IMG/VR virus record: IMGVR_UViG_3300021138_002011
Span: 32,001-96,000 of that record
DNA length: 64,000 nt
Source: a virus
Strand: one strand, 5' to 3'
Each line of letters starts with the position of its first letter. Position 1 is the stretch's first letter. Both the position numbers and the translations under genes were made by a program. This document shows positions 8,632 through 18,326 of the stretch, one piece after another. The notes beneath the pieces are model-generated. The model saw nothing but the letters and a program-made list of their open reading frames with translations, searched no databases and was not told the origin of the DNA.

Positions 8632-9681
8632 TCACTTAAAATAATCTAACCAGTACTTACGAGTAGTACTAGTGTAAGATGTTAGCATCAGTTGATTTAT
8701 TTTTACATTTAGCTGCGGAAAATGCCAAGTTCTGCGTAGCTTTTTGCACATATCGTCACTGCTAACTGGATCGGCACAAAACCATTCCATAGCCCATGGT
8801 ATTTCTTTACTGCCAACAATAGGTACACCTTGACTAATGTGGTCAGCTCCTACTATGTTAAATGTTTCGGTAAAACTTACCTGCATTGCAATATCAATAG
8901 TGGAACATGTTGTGAGAAATTCTTCTCTCGGACTCCATTCATGATTTATCAGTTCATGACCTTTGTCTGCCATATGTTGAAACAAACCTGTAAGATTGTT
9001 CAGCACCGGCTCGCCTTTCATTTCTATTCGGCCAGAATTTACATGGAAACGTAATTTTCTTCCTATAGAGTTGGCAAATTTAATAGCTGCAAGTGCTTGT
9101 AATAAATGATTCTTAAGAGGTCTAATGGCACCGAAACAGGAAACATTAATTACTTCACTTGAAGGATCGAACTTTTTTGTTTTGTATTCTTGAGGATAGA
9201 AGTTTGGCATATAGATTATGCGCTTATTTGCTTCAGTATCTGACCAATTGTGCATATGCTGTAGATAAAACCGTGTTTCATCCATCATTCTTGGCGCATT
9301 AACTCCAAATACAATGTTAGGAAACCTAGCGTAATCACCGATCCAGTCCATTGCAATACCTTCGCTAGCAATAAATGGCATTTCACTGTGTAGACGTATA
9401 ATCCATGTAACAGTCGGGTGTAATCTACTTAAAACATCAAATTTTGTTGGTACTACCCATAGTGCTTCAATTATAACATGCGTAGGCTTGAAGGCAGTAA
9501 CTTCGCGATCAATGCAGTTGTTATCAATAGCTACTACGAGCTTACTTTCAACTCCGGCATCTTGCAGCATTTGATACATAAAACTAGCACTGTTATAAAG
9601 GCCTGTACTTAATCCTATTTTGTTGTGTATGGTTTGATTGTAATCTGGTCTACGCTTTAAAATGAATAGAACTCTTGACAT
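8632..9681 (-). CDS. Putative glycosyltransferase (GT-B/GT4-like)
   Basis: FGAIRPLKN and QVSFTETFNIVGADHISQGVPIVGS. Confidence 0.7.
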   Translation of the reverse strand: MSRVLFILKRRPDYNQTIHNKIGLSTGLYNSASFMYQMLQDAGVESKLVVAIDNNCIDREVTAFKPTHVIIEALWVVPTKFDVLSRLHPTVTWIIRLHSEMPFIASEGIAMDWIGDYARFPNIVFGVNAPRMMDETRFYLQHMHNWSDTEANKRIIYMPNFYPQEYKTKKFDPSSEVINVSCFGAIRPLKNHLLQALAAIKFANSIGRKLRFHVNSGRIEMKGEPVLNNLTGLFQHMADKGHELINHEWSPREEFLTTCSTIDIAMQVSFTETFNIVGADHISQGVPIVGSKEIPWAMEWFCADPVSSDDMCKKLRRTWHFPQLNVKINQLMLTSYTSTTRKYWLDYFK

Positions 9682-9760
9682 GGTAATCCTTGAGGAATAA
9701 TATGCGTATTTAATTCAATAAACTGAGTGAGAATTACTAATTATTTGTTACATTCAAATA

Positions 9761-10666
9761 TTAATGACACGTTGTCTGAGCAATGTTCATGGAAAGGTAT
9801 TGCCATACAAATGTTGCAGCAGCAAGCGATGTAATTTGAGATTGGTCATACGCCGGATTCACTTCTACACAGTCCATACCGATCCAGTTGATATGCTGTA
9901 ATTCGTCTATTAATTCACTTAGCCACATTGTCGATAGCCCACCGATTTCCGGAGTGCCTGTGCCCGGTGCATACGCAGGATCCAGACAATCTATGTCAAG
10001 GCTAAGATATGTCGGAAGATTACCTACTTTTGTTTTAATAATAGAGGCCATTGCACTAGGACCATATTTAACTGCTTGTCTTGCCGATATGGTAGTACCG
10101 CCATTAACCTCTAAAAAATTTCTAGCAGCAGCGTCAGCAGGACTGCGTATACCAACGCTAATTACATGCGATGCGTCTACAACGTTCTCGTCTATTGCAT
10201 CAAACAGCCATGTACCATGCCCGTGCAATTCATCAAAATGATTTGGCCAGGTGTCGCAATGTGCATCAAAATGCACAACCGCTATTTGTTTATGCTTGCT
10301 AGCATGTGCCCGCAATATTCCTGTTGTGATGCTGTGATCGCCTCCTAATGTGACAATATTTGCATCACTATAACGTCTAACAGTTGATTCTACCATTTGC
10401 AACATTGCGGACGTATTTCCACTGGGCAATGGCATGTCACCAGCATCACCTACATGTTGTTGTATATCAACTGGATACAGCGGATGAACTCCGTCTGTGA
10501 GCATCATGCTTGCATCTCTAATGGCATTTGGAGCCATTCTAGCGCCGCTGCGAAATGTTGTAGCACAATCCACAGGAGCACCTAGAATTAAAAATGAATG
10601 ATTAGCATAATTTGGTATACCGCAAAAATTACGTGTAAAGGCGTACTGATACGGAAGATGGCTCAC
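9761..10666 (-). CDS. speB: Agmatinase (ureohydrolase family)
   Basis: GGDHSIT, HFDAHCD, HGT and SLDIDCLDPAYAPGTGTPEIGG. Confidence 0.9.
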   Translation of the reverse strand: MSHLPYQYAFTRNFCGIPNYANHSFLILGAPVDCATTFRSGARMAPNAIRDASMMLTDGVHPLYPVDIQQHVGDAGDMPLPSGNTSAMLQMVESTVRRYSDANIVTLGGDHSITTGILRAHASKHKQIAVVHFDAHCDTWPNHFDELHGHGTWLFDAIDENVVDASHVISVGIRSPADAAARNFLEVNGGTTISARQAVKYGPSAMASIIKTKVGNLPTYLSLDIDCLDPAYAPGTGTPEIGGLSTMWLSELIDELQHINWIGMDCVEVNPAYDQSQITSLAAATFVWQYLSMNIAQTTCH

Positions 10667-10998
10667 AATATCAAACCTGCTCCTGTGCTAGGCATTGCCA
10701 GCCCTGTTGTTTGAGATATGTAGCTACTAGCAGCGTCCGTGTTTGATTTGGTAACAACTATAACGTGAGACCGATTGATAGCATACTTTGATGAAGGATC
10801 GCTACCCATCATCCAAAATGGTGCCATTTGTACTCCTGGCTGGCCAGTGCGCGGATCTTGACTGAGTACCATTAGCAATGGTTTTGTTACAGTAATTTTG
10901 CTTTCGGTTATTTCAGCTAACTTGGCAATTATTTCGTCACCGTTGCTTAACTTAATTGACACGATGTCGTTTTCAGTGATTGGCTTGTCTATTAACAT
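10663..10998 (-). CDS. Hypothetical protein, Sm-like beta fold typical of T4-like phages
   Basis: IVSIKLSNGDEIIAK..KPL..MAPF pattern. Confidence 0.6.
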   Translation of the reverse strand: MLIDKPITENDIVSIKLSNGDEIIAKLAEITESKITVTKPLLMVLSQDPRTGQPGVQMAPFWMMGSDPSSKYAINRSHVIVVTKSNTDAASSYISQTTGLAMPSTGAGLIL

Positions 10999-11050
10999 TG
11001 TTGTTCTCCTGCTTTGAACAGCTTACTAGATGACTAAATCGGTTGCAATA

Positions 11051-11932
11051 TCAGTCAGATATCGATGGTAACGGACGGCCGGTGTCTGGCCATGCACGGC
11101 CTACATATAGAAACGAGGTAAGTTGATACCCACTAATCTTTACATCTCCTGGCGTGTCACCTTGATTGCCACCAAGACACCGATACCAGCCGCCGTGCGG
11201 TGCGCCGTAGATAAATGTCACATGTGTTCCCGAACTTGTATTTCCGATAGAGCTAACAACTGCAACATCGCCTTGTCGCCATAAATTTGGTTGCCGCAGA
11301 TCGATAGCTTGACCATATCGTGTGTAGTCTGCTGCAGAAGCTGTAACAAATCCGCTTTTAGCACCAACAAGATATTGCAACCCGCTTATTTTTAGCATCC
11401 ACCCCATAAATGCTGCACACCAGTAACTGTGACCTCTAGGAAAAACGCTACCAGAACTTATACCTACTGTAGCTAACATACTCTGTATATTCGTGTTGCT
11501 TGCACCGCCGGCCCAGTCGCCGCGCTTGCCTTCTTGTAGTACTTTGGCAAGGTTGCCAATAAATGCTTGATAGCCGCCTTGGCCTACAGCCGCTGCATCT
11601 GTTACTCCAGTAATTTGGCCAGACATCTGCCCAGGTGCAGAATCTGGGCTAGGGGCAGTTCCTTCAGAGCTAGCACCAGGAGTTCCTGGTGGTACTGATA
11701 TTACGTTGCCAGCTGCATCTGTAATATACCACTCGGTATTTTGTGCAGAGGTGGCAGCTGAAATTTGCTCTTGTGTGAGACTGTATTGAGGCGACGGTAT
11801 AGCCGGAAGCGAGTGTAACGCCGATGGTTGCGGAAGTGCAGGCTGCCATAATGCAGCCTGCACTTGATTTATATAAACATTTGGACTATACCAAACATCG
11901 GATCCTTGATACGATGGGGGGTTAAGTGGCAC
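11051..11932 (-). CDS. Putative virion-associated peptidoglycan hydrolase (TIGR02594/CHAP-like C-terminus)
   Basis: YWCAAFMGWML, GDVAV, HVTF and LGGNQ. Confidence 0.7.
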   Translation of the reverse strand: MPLNPPSYQGSDVWYSPNVYINQVQAALWQPALPQPSALHSLPAIPSPQYSLTQEQISAATSAQNTEWYITDAAGNVISVPPGTPGASSEGTAPSPDSAPGQMSGQITGVTDAAAVGQGGYQAFIGNLAKVLQEGKRGDWAGGASNTNIQSMLATVGISSGSVFPRGHSYWCAAFMGWMLKISGLQYLVGAKSGFVTASAADYTRYGQAIDLRQPNLWRQGDVAVVSSIGNTSSGTHVTFIYGAPHGGWYRCLGGNQGDTPGDVKISGYQLTSFLYVGRAWPDTGRPLPSISD

Positions 11933-12065
11933 TTTATATCTCCTTTAAATTCAGTGGATTGAGATTATCACGTGTCCATCTATTACTACGCTTATAATGA
12001 TCGATTAACTTAATTACACAATCCTGTTCTACCCAAGGTTTATCAAAACTTATTATATTTATGGG

Positions 12066-12329
12066 TTACTTTGCCGCGAAATGTGCCGCCAGCTCCGTAT
12101 AACCACCAATATGCTTTCCGTCCAACCAGATCTGCGGAACCGTTTTAGCAGTCGGATACTTTTCCAATAGGTCAGCTTTTGTCACATATTGCTGGTTGGC
12201 AGCAGCCTGCTTTTCTCCTAGACCTGTGCTGACGATGTATTCACGATAGGGAATACCTTTTTCAGTTAGCAACGCTTTTGCCTTGACACAGTAAGGACAG
12301 TCCAATTTAGAGTAGATTTCTGCTTGCAT
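12066..12329 (-). CDS. nrdC: Glutaredoxin
   Basis: CPYC and TVPQIWLDGKHIGGYTEL; located next to nrdAB. Confidence 0.9.
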   Translation of the reverse strand: MQAEIYSKLDCPYCVKAKALLTEKGIPYREYIVSTGLGEKQAAANQQYVTKADLLEKYPTAKTVPQIWLDGKHIGGYTELAAHFAAK

Positions 12330-12339
12330 TTTTGCTCCT

Positions 12340-13029
12340 TTATCTATCGATGTGCTTGGTTTGTATCAACCTTCCGTCAATGGTTTTGGCAATCCAAACA
12401 CTGTTAGGTGGTGGAACTGCGCCTGCATGTTCGTAATGCCACGCCCATTGAGAATGGTAGTTCACGGTTGGTGTTTTTATATGTAATCGAGATACGCTTG
12501 GAATAGCAATCGATGCCCAAAAATGCCTGTCGCTCCACAGCCTATGTTCCGGTGCTGTTATCCAATTGGTCAACTGATGGAGGATTGATTTCGTGATGAA
12601 CAGACAATTTGTGTCACAAAACGTGCTACCGTCGCTTTCAAAATCATCCACGTACAAAAATCGTCCTGCTGTGGTGCAAATATTGCGGGTGGCCGTAACA
12701 ACATCGTGCGTCCCAATGGCTGCTGCCATTGTTTCAAGATGATTTGCAAGATAGGTGTTATCGGCATCCAAGAATGCTACTGCATCAAAATTCCTGCTGA
12801 ACGCGGATATTGCCGCCAGCGCCCTAGGTGTTGCTCCAGCGTCATCATGACACCTTGGCAGCACCATGTGTTCGACATCGGGCAATGTTCTAACCATAGG
12901 ATGCGGCTCGCCGTCGGCTATCATCATATGCACATGATTCTTGTAGGTTTGACCCTGTACAGAGTTGTGACACCTTTTCAGGGTATCGGCGCTTTCTCTA
13001 TGGTATGGTGTGATAACTGCTATTTTCAT
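12340..13029 (-). CDS. Glycosyltransferase family 2-like protein
   Basis: IAVITPY, IADG and FLDADN (DxD). Confidence 0.8.
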   Translation of the reverse strand: MKIAVITPYHRESADTLKRCHNSVQGQTYKNHVHMMIADGEPHPMVRTLPDVEHMVLPRCHDDAGATPRALAAISAFSRNFDAVAFLDADNTYLANHLETMAAAIGTHDVVTATRNICTTAGRFLYVDDFESDGSTFCDTNCLFITKSILHQLTNWITAPEHRLWSDRHFWASIAIPSVSRLHIKTPTVNYHSQWAWHYEHAGAVPPPNSVWIAKTIDGRLIQTKHIDR

Positions 13030-14129
13030 CAGATCTGTGGTAGCTCGGAATAATCTATTACCTCCGACATAATTCCTATTACATAGTTAGTGCTTTCGGT
13101 TTCCTGGAGAGCTGATTGCTTGTTGCTGGTGTTGCTGTGCTTATTGAACCAAGGTATTGGTGTGGTCTTTGGAGCAGGCAATGTGTACTTTATACCGATT
13201 TCCTTTAGTGCAGCAGCAGCAGTAAAATCCATAAAGTCCTTGAGTATTTGAGAATTAAGTCCGATTACAGGACCAAATTTGAACAAATAATCTGCCCAGT
13301 CTTTTTCTTCTTGTATAACATCCATGTAGATTTGATAAACTTCGGCTGTGCATTCTTGTTTGATTTCTGCAAAACGCGAGTCATCTTTTGCACACTGATT
13401 AATGAGGTATGCAGTCCAGTCTCTATGCAACAGCTCGTCTTGCAAAATAAGACTGATGATGTTACCGTTGCCAATGAAAATTTTGTTCTCTACCATTGCA
13501 AGACTGGTTGCAAACGATACCATAAATCGCAGTGCTTCGAGTGCATAGCTAGTATGTAATGCTAACCATATCGACTTAACATGGTCCTTTTCATCAACGT
13601 CAACGCCAAGTTCTTTTTTGCAATTAATGACGTGCAGGTCGTCGTAGTATTTGCCAATCTGTGCAGCCATTTCAATGATTGGTGCTGTCTCGTGAATTTT
13701 ATTAAATTCATCCTTTGGTACATTATAGATGTTTCTAATGATATGACTATAGCTTTTTGAATGTAGATTTGTTTCAAAGAAGCTCCAGTTGCTAACCAAC
13801 GACTCAAGTTCTGGAATTGAAATAACAGGACTAAATATCTGTGCCGGTGCACGACCTTGCAAACTGTCTAATGCTGTTTGTCGAAGTAGATTGCTGGTAA
13901 AAATATGTCTAACAGTTTCGCTGGCATTTTTGAAATCGCCAGCGTCTTTGGTTAGGCTGATTTCTTCAGGAATCCAAAAAAATCCTCTTGCGTTCTCTTC
14001 GAACCTGGCTATCTTTGGATATCTAAATTCTTCAAATCGTTGAACTGTAACTGGCCCGGCAGGATCTAAAAACATTTTACGGGCGAGATAGTCTGTTTTT
14101 TTAGATAAATCGTATTGTGCGATCGCCAT
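13029..14129 (-). CDS. nrdB: Class Ia ribonucleotide reductase beta subunit
   Basis: FFWIPEEISL, LDSLQGR, ETNLHSKSY, EALRFMVSF, DELLH and QETESTNY. Confidence 0.95.
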   Translation of the reverse strand: MAIAQYDLSKKTDYLARKMFLDPAGPVTVQRFEEFRYPKIARFEENARGFFWIPEEISLTKDAGDFKNASETVRHIFTSNLLRQTALDSLQGRAPAQIFSPVISIPELESLVSNWSFFETNLHSKSYSHIIRNIYNVPKDEFNKIHETAPIIEMAAQIGKYYDDLHVINCKKELGVDVDEKDHVKSIWLALHTSYALEALRFMVSFATSLAMVENKIFIGNGNIISLILQDELLHRDWTAYLINQCAKDDSRFAEIKQECTAEVYQIYMDVIQEEKDWADYLFKFGPVIGLNSQILKDFMDFTAAAALKEIGIKYTLPAPKTTPIPWFNKHSNTSNKQSALQETESTNYVIGIMSEVIDYSELPQI

Positions 14130-14168
14130 GATTATATCTCTTTCTTAACTGTTATTTTGTTATTATTA

Positions 14169-15257
14169 TTATAAAACGCAAGATTCGCAATGCTCTTCGT
14201 CATCGTAATTGATAGATTCAATCATAGCTGGAGTATTTTCTGCATCCATTTTGCTACCTTGTTTTTCAACAAGTGAGTAATATATGGTTTTCAATCCCCA
14301 TACGTGTGCCTGCATTAGGTTCTTCGCAATTAATGTAGTCGGCACTTTACGATCTGGAAAGTGTTTTGGTGAATAGAAGGTATTGGTACTGATAGATTGA
14401 TCTATATACGCTGCTAATACAGCAGCAGTTTTTAAGTAGCTATCACAGTTTTTTTGATCCCACAGCAATTGATACTTACTTTTTAGCTTTTGATATTCTG
14501 GCACAACTTGTATAAATGACCCAGCTTTTGATTCTTTAACACTAATCAAACTCATCGGTATTTCAATTCCGTTTGTTGAGTTAATGACAACACTTGAACT
14601 TTCAACTGGTGCGATTGCCATTAGTGTTGAATTACGAACACCATATTGTTTCATATTAGCACGAAGATTTTCCCAATCTAACTCTGGTGTAAAATCTGCA
14701 AGTTCATTAACACCAGTTGCACGCAATTCCCAAGGGAACACTCCTTGTCCGTAACGTGTTTGACCACTATGCAAACATGCGCCGCGTTCTTTTGCTAATT
14801 CGACGGTGGCTTCTGTAAGATAGAATGCTTGATGTTCCATCCAAGATTTAACTTCTTGTAGAGCGTCTTTTTCACCATATTTGAAGTTGCGTTTTGCATG
14901 CCAATATGCAAGGTTTGTGACACCAATTCCAAGTGGTTGAATCTCATCATTACTAAGCTTGCTTTGTATGCTTAGGAAATCTTGATAATCAAGTATATTG
15001 CATAAGCTACGTTGTAGAATTCTGCAAGCACGTCGCATGTCTTCTGGGTTTCTAAATGCGCCCCAATTGATCGACCCCAGAGTACACAACGATATGCGAC
15101 CGGTATCATCGTCAAGTCGCTTAAATGATTTGGTCGGCAAAAGTATCTCGCAATTATGGACTAATATATTATTAGCAAAAAAGGAGTGTGTTCTATCTAC
15201 TGTGATATCATATACCGCTTCTGGTTTCGATATTTTTATTTTTCTAATTTTAATCAT
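14169..15257 (-). CDS. nrdA: NrdA fragment 3 (C-terminal) with split-intein IntC (35 aa, 15153-15257)
   Basis: VYDITV..HSFFANNILVHN|CEILLP, ISLCTL, APVESSS, DQSISTN, KTIYY and terminal CESCVL. Confidence 0.93.
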   Translation of the reverse strand: MIKIRKIKISKPEAVYDITVDRTHSFFANNILVHNCEILLPTKSFKRLDDDTGRISLCTLGSINWGAFRNPEDMRRACRILQRSLCNILDYQDFLSIQSKLSNDEIQPLGIGVTNLAYWHAKRNFKYGEKDALQEVKSWMEHQAFYLTEATVELAKERGACLHSGQTRYGQGVFPWELRATGVNELADFTPELDWENLRANMKQYGVRNSTLMAIAPVESSSVVINSTNGIEIPMSLISVKESKAGSFIQVVPEYQKLKSKYQLLWDQKNCDSYLKTAAVLAAYIDQSISTNTFYSPKHFPDRKVPTTLIAKNLMQAHVWGLKTIYYSLVEKQGSKMDAENTPAMIESINYDDEEHCESCVL

Positions 15258-16222
15258 AATATACGTCCATGTTTATATGTTATATTTTCTTTCAAGAATT
15301 GATCTAATTGGTCTGCATTAAGTCTAACATTCTTAACTCCGTTTGTTACCCATCTATATATCGATGATGCAGATGACAGCTTCTTCTTTTGCTCATCACC
15401 CCTATAGTAAGGATTATAACTTACTACTGCTAATCCTGCATTAATAAGTGTATTATTCACTTCTGATACTAGTTCTTCACGACCATTAGTAAATCTATTT
15501 TTTATAATCGTAACACTAACATTCAACACATTCTTCAATGCATCATCCATCTCTTTACGAAGTATATAATTACCATACCTGTTATTTGTAATCACATAGT
15601 TTACAATAACATCTATAACCATCTGCCTAGTAATATCAGGTTTAGCATTTGAGTTATTCACACCAATTGATCTTGCCGACTGTAACTTAGACTGCTCTTT
15701 AGTATTCTTACGACCCGCGTTCCAATGTACCCATTCCTTTGATATTACTTTCTCGTGATTTGTTGGTACCCTGCCTATCTTCTCACCAGTGATAGAATCT
15801 TTTACCAACATAGTATTGACCATAGACTCGCGAATACCTTCTATAGCTAACTTACGATATTTCTCATATTTTTTTGAGCGTGATAAGTTATACCATTCTT
15901 CCCGCGGATGCGATGACTTGTCTAATAACGTAAAGAACCATACTAACGATTTTTTCGCTGACTGTTCATATCGTGTCCCACTGTAAATTTTTGTTAATAG
16001 CAAATGCGACAAGAAATGCTCGCGAATTGTTAATAATACCAAATTGTTCTTATCATTACAATCCCCATCTAAGTTTCCGATTGGGCCTGTTCTACCTCTG
16101 CGATTTTTAAACATAAAGGTAGGGATGATATGATGCAACTCATAATAAATCTTTCCACCTTTCACTCTATTTTCTTCTTTAGCACGATTTATAATATTTT
16201 GATAAATTTTTCTATAGTTCAT
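15254..16222 (-). CDS. HNH homing endonuclease in the second nrdA gap
   Basis: MNYRKIY..YYELHHIIP..NLVLLTIREHFLSHLLL. Confidence 0.85.
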   Translation of the reverse strand: MNYRKIYQNIINRAKEENRVKGGKIYYELHHIIPTFMFKNRRGRTGPIGNLDGDCNDKNNLVLLTIREHFLSHLLLTKIYSGTRYEQSAKKSLVWFFTLLDKSSHPREEWYNLSRSKKYEKYRKLAIEGIRESMVNTMLVKDSITGEKIGRVPTNHEKVISKEWVHWNAGRKNTKEQSKLQSARSIGVNNSNAKPDITRQMVIDVIVNYVITNNRYGNYILRKEMDDALKNVLNVSVTIIKNRFTNGREELVSEVNNTLINAGLAVVSYNPYYRGDEQKKKLSSASSIYRWVTNGVKNVRLNADQLDQFLKENITYKHGRIL

Positions 16223-16279
16223 AGTGTTATTTCCTTTCTATTATTTATGTAAGTAATAGTATTTCTGTAAATAACGCTA
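16222..16279 (-). promoter_or_regulatory. TAAATA promoter within an inverted repeat that covers the HNH start region
   Basis: TAGCGTTATTT/AAATAACACTA arms with CATAAATA between them. Confidence 0.55.
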
Positions 16280-17422
16280 CTATTTTATCAGTAACTCGTC
16301 AGTCTCCTCTAAATCTTGTGCTTCTACCCATCCTCTGTTAGTGGTGAATATCTTGTGATCAACCGTGCAACGTATGATTTGCCCCGATTCTGTTTCAATC
16401 TCTACTAATTCATCTACCTTTTTGGTTAGTATAGCATTTGAAATATTCTCCCATACTATTTTTTTGCCGTCCCACGACTTCGCTAATACAGTATCGTCAT
16501 AATACCCGTTAGTCCAGCTTTCTGTGAAGGTAGCAATATTTGTCTTAAGAATTTGTCCTGCATACTGTATCTCTATTTCTGTCTCACCTGTTAAACAACA
16601 AAGATTGCTTTGATATATGGTATGATATTCTGGATCAAACGGGCCTTGATTCTGAACGTTGTCAATAAACACAAGATAGATACGTCCAGTATCTGTGCGT
16701 TCTTTAAGTATGCCACCTTTGAACACTTCTTCTGCACTCATAGTTTTTGTTCTTAGGTCTGTGCGTTTTTCATATTGAACATACAGTTCTTCAAACAGTG
16801 CAGTGTTTTTATAAAACGCTTCATAGAGATCTGGAACTTCGTTTGGATCAAAGAATGTAATGTTTTCTTGGTTCTTAAATCTACGCCAGAAAAATGCATT
16901 TAGAACTACACCATAGTCCATGTGACGAACTCTAGTCTCTTCTGTACCTTGGTTATTTTTCAACACAATTAGATCATCAAACTGGTGATGCCATAATGGG
17001 TAGAACACTGTTGCACTATTGTGGGCCAATAATAATTTGTCTGGTTCCATCCCTGCATAATAATTTTCATGTTCATCAATGCTAAAATCGGCATATTGAG
17101 TTGATACGTTAGGAGAAGTTACTTCTTTAACTTTATCTTTTTTGTTGATAACAGACACTACATAATCTCCTGTAGTAATATCACCACCCTTTACATATTT
17201 GATTTTTCCAAATTCATTGATTGCAGTAGGATGTGTGTCGCTCGTAATTAATTTAGCATCCGATGTTGATGTAATTTTTACTTGGTGTTCATGTGGAACT
17301 ATCGGTCTCATGACATTTAATACTTTACGATATACATCCGTTTGTGTTTCAATATCACAAGATAGTACCAAATCTCCCAATTTTACTTCATCAATTTTAA
17401 CTCTGTTCGATAAAAATTTCAT
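16280..17422 (-). CDS. nrdA: NrdA fragment 2 (middle): long IntC (135 aa, 17018-17422), extein, then IntN (105 aa, from 16597)
   Basis: VKIDEVKLGDLVLS..TSDTHP..LLAHN|SATVFYPLWH..ERTDTGRIY..QSNLC|CLTGET..CTVDHKIFT. Confidence 0.92.
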   Translation of the reverse strand: MKFLSNRVKIDEVKLGDLVLSCDIETQTDVYRKVLNVMRPIVPHEHQVKITSTSDAKLITSDTHPTAINEFGKIKYVKGGDITTGDYVVSVINKKDKVKEVTSPNVSTQYADFSIDEHENYYAGMEPDKLLLAHNSATVFYPLWHHQFDDLIVLKNNQGTEETRVRHMDYGVVLNAFFWRRFKNQENITFFDPNEVPDLYEAFYKNTALFEELYVQYEKRTDLRTKTMSAEEVFKGGILKERTDTGRIYLVFIDNVQNQGPFDPEYHTIYQSNLCCLTGETEIEIQYAGQILKTNIATFTESWTNGYYDDTVLAKSWDGKKIVWENISNAILTKKVDELVEIETESGQIIRCTVDHKIFTTNRGWVEAQDLEETDELLIK

Positions 17423-18326
17423 TTATTCTGTCCTTCAAGTCGGATGATATTTCTTTGTCGTCTAATATTGTTTTATAACCAAGAACCTCTTCGATTGCAA
17501 CAATACAATATTGACCTTTTCTGCAATTTTCTTTTTTTGGTATTAGTTGTAAATTTTGATAACTTCCTATAATTAATGGATGTATCTTGTTGACAAATCC
17601 GCCATATTTGGAAAATTTGTGATCAACAGCGTATCCATTCTTACCATAAATTATACCTAATTTGTTTTTTTCCGGATCGATGATATTTCCATATACAGCA
17701 ATCGATATTTTGGTAGCTGTTCTTACTGCATCACAATAACTGTCGTAATTATCATAACTAAATTTCTTCAAAACAGGCCCGTGTTCTGTCCGACTATTTT
17801 TAAACCAACGAATTAATTTTGCCTCGTGTTTAACAGTAGATGCCCGCGATAAAAAAGTTTCTTGACGATTTTTAATTTTAGATTGGTATTCATTCCATTT
17901 GTCTTTGCCGATTGTTTCTCCAAACCTCGTTATATATGATTCCAATGAAGGGAGACGACCTATATCAGACCTATATTGTTGTGCTCGTATTTCAGCATCT
18001 TCTAACGAATACCCTTTAGATACCCAGTGATTTGAATTTGACGGGGTTGTTTTTTGTTTTTTTCGTGTTTTTCGTTTTTCATTAATTAAAAGAACTGCTT
18101 CTTCTTCAGTTTTACCCCGAGATATATAATATTCAATTGACCACGGGCTATTTTTTGCCCTATCTTTTCGAAGGTTTTTGTCGATTTTGTTAAACTCTTC
18201 GCCACACTTGAATTCTTTGAGATACTCATTTAAATTCATTCTGTTATGTCTCATAGTCAGATGTCGTTGTAACTGGCTCACGTTAGCCGAGCAAATTTTG
18301 CAAATATGCATCTCTTTCATCATCAC
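17397..18326 (-). CDS. Putative HNH-type homing endonuclease in the first nrdA gap
   Basis: N-terminal CKIC..HLTMRH finger, YITRFG repeat, and AVDHKFS..NLQLIPKKENCRKG. Confidence 0.75.
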   Translation of the reverse strand: MMMKEMHICKICSANVSQLQRHLTMRHNRMNLNEYLKEFKCGEEFNKIDKNLRKDRAKNSPWSIEYYISRGKTEEEAVLLINEKRKTRKKQKTTPSNSNHWVSKGYSLEDAEIRAQQYRSDIGRLPSLESYITRFGETIGKDKWNEYQSKIKNRQETFLSRASTVKHEAKLIRWFKNSRTEHGPVLKKFSYDNYDSYCDAVRTATKISIAVYGNIIDPEKNKLGIIYGKNGYAVDHKFSKYGGFVNKIHPLIIGSYQNLQLIPKKENCRKGQYCIVAIEEVLGYKTILDDKEISSDLKDRINEIFIEQS

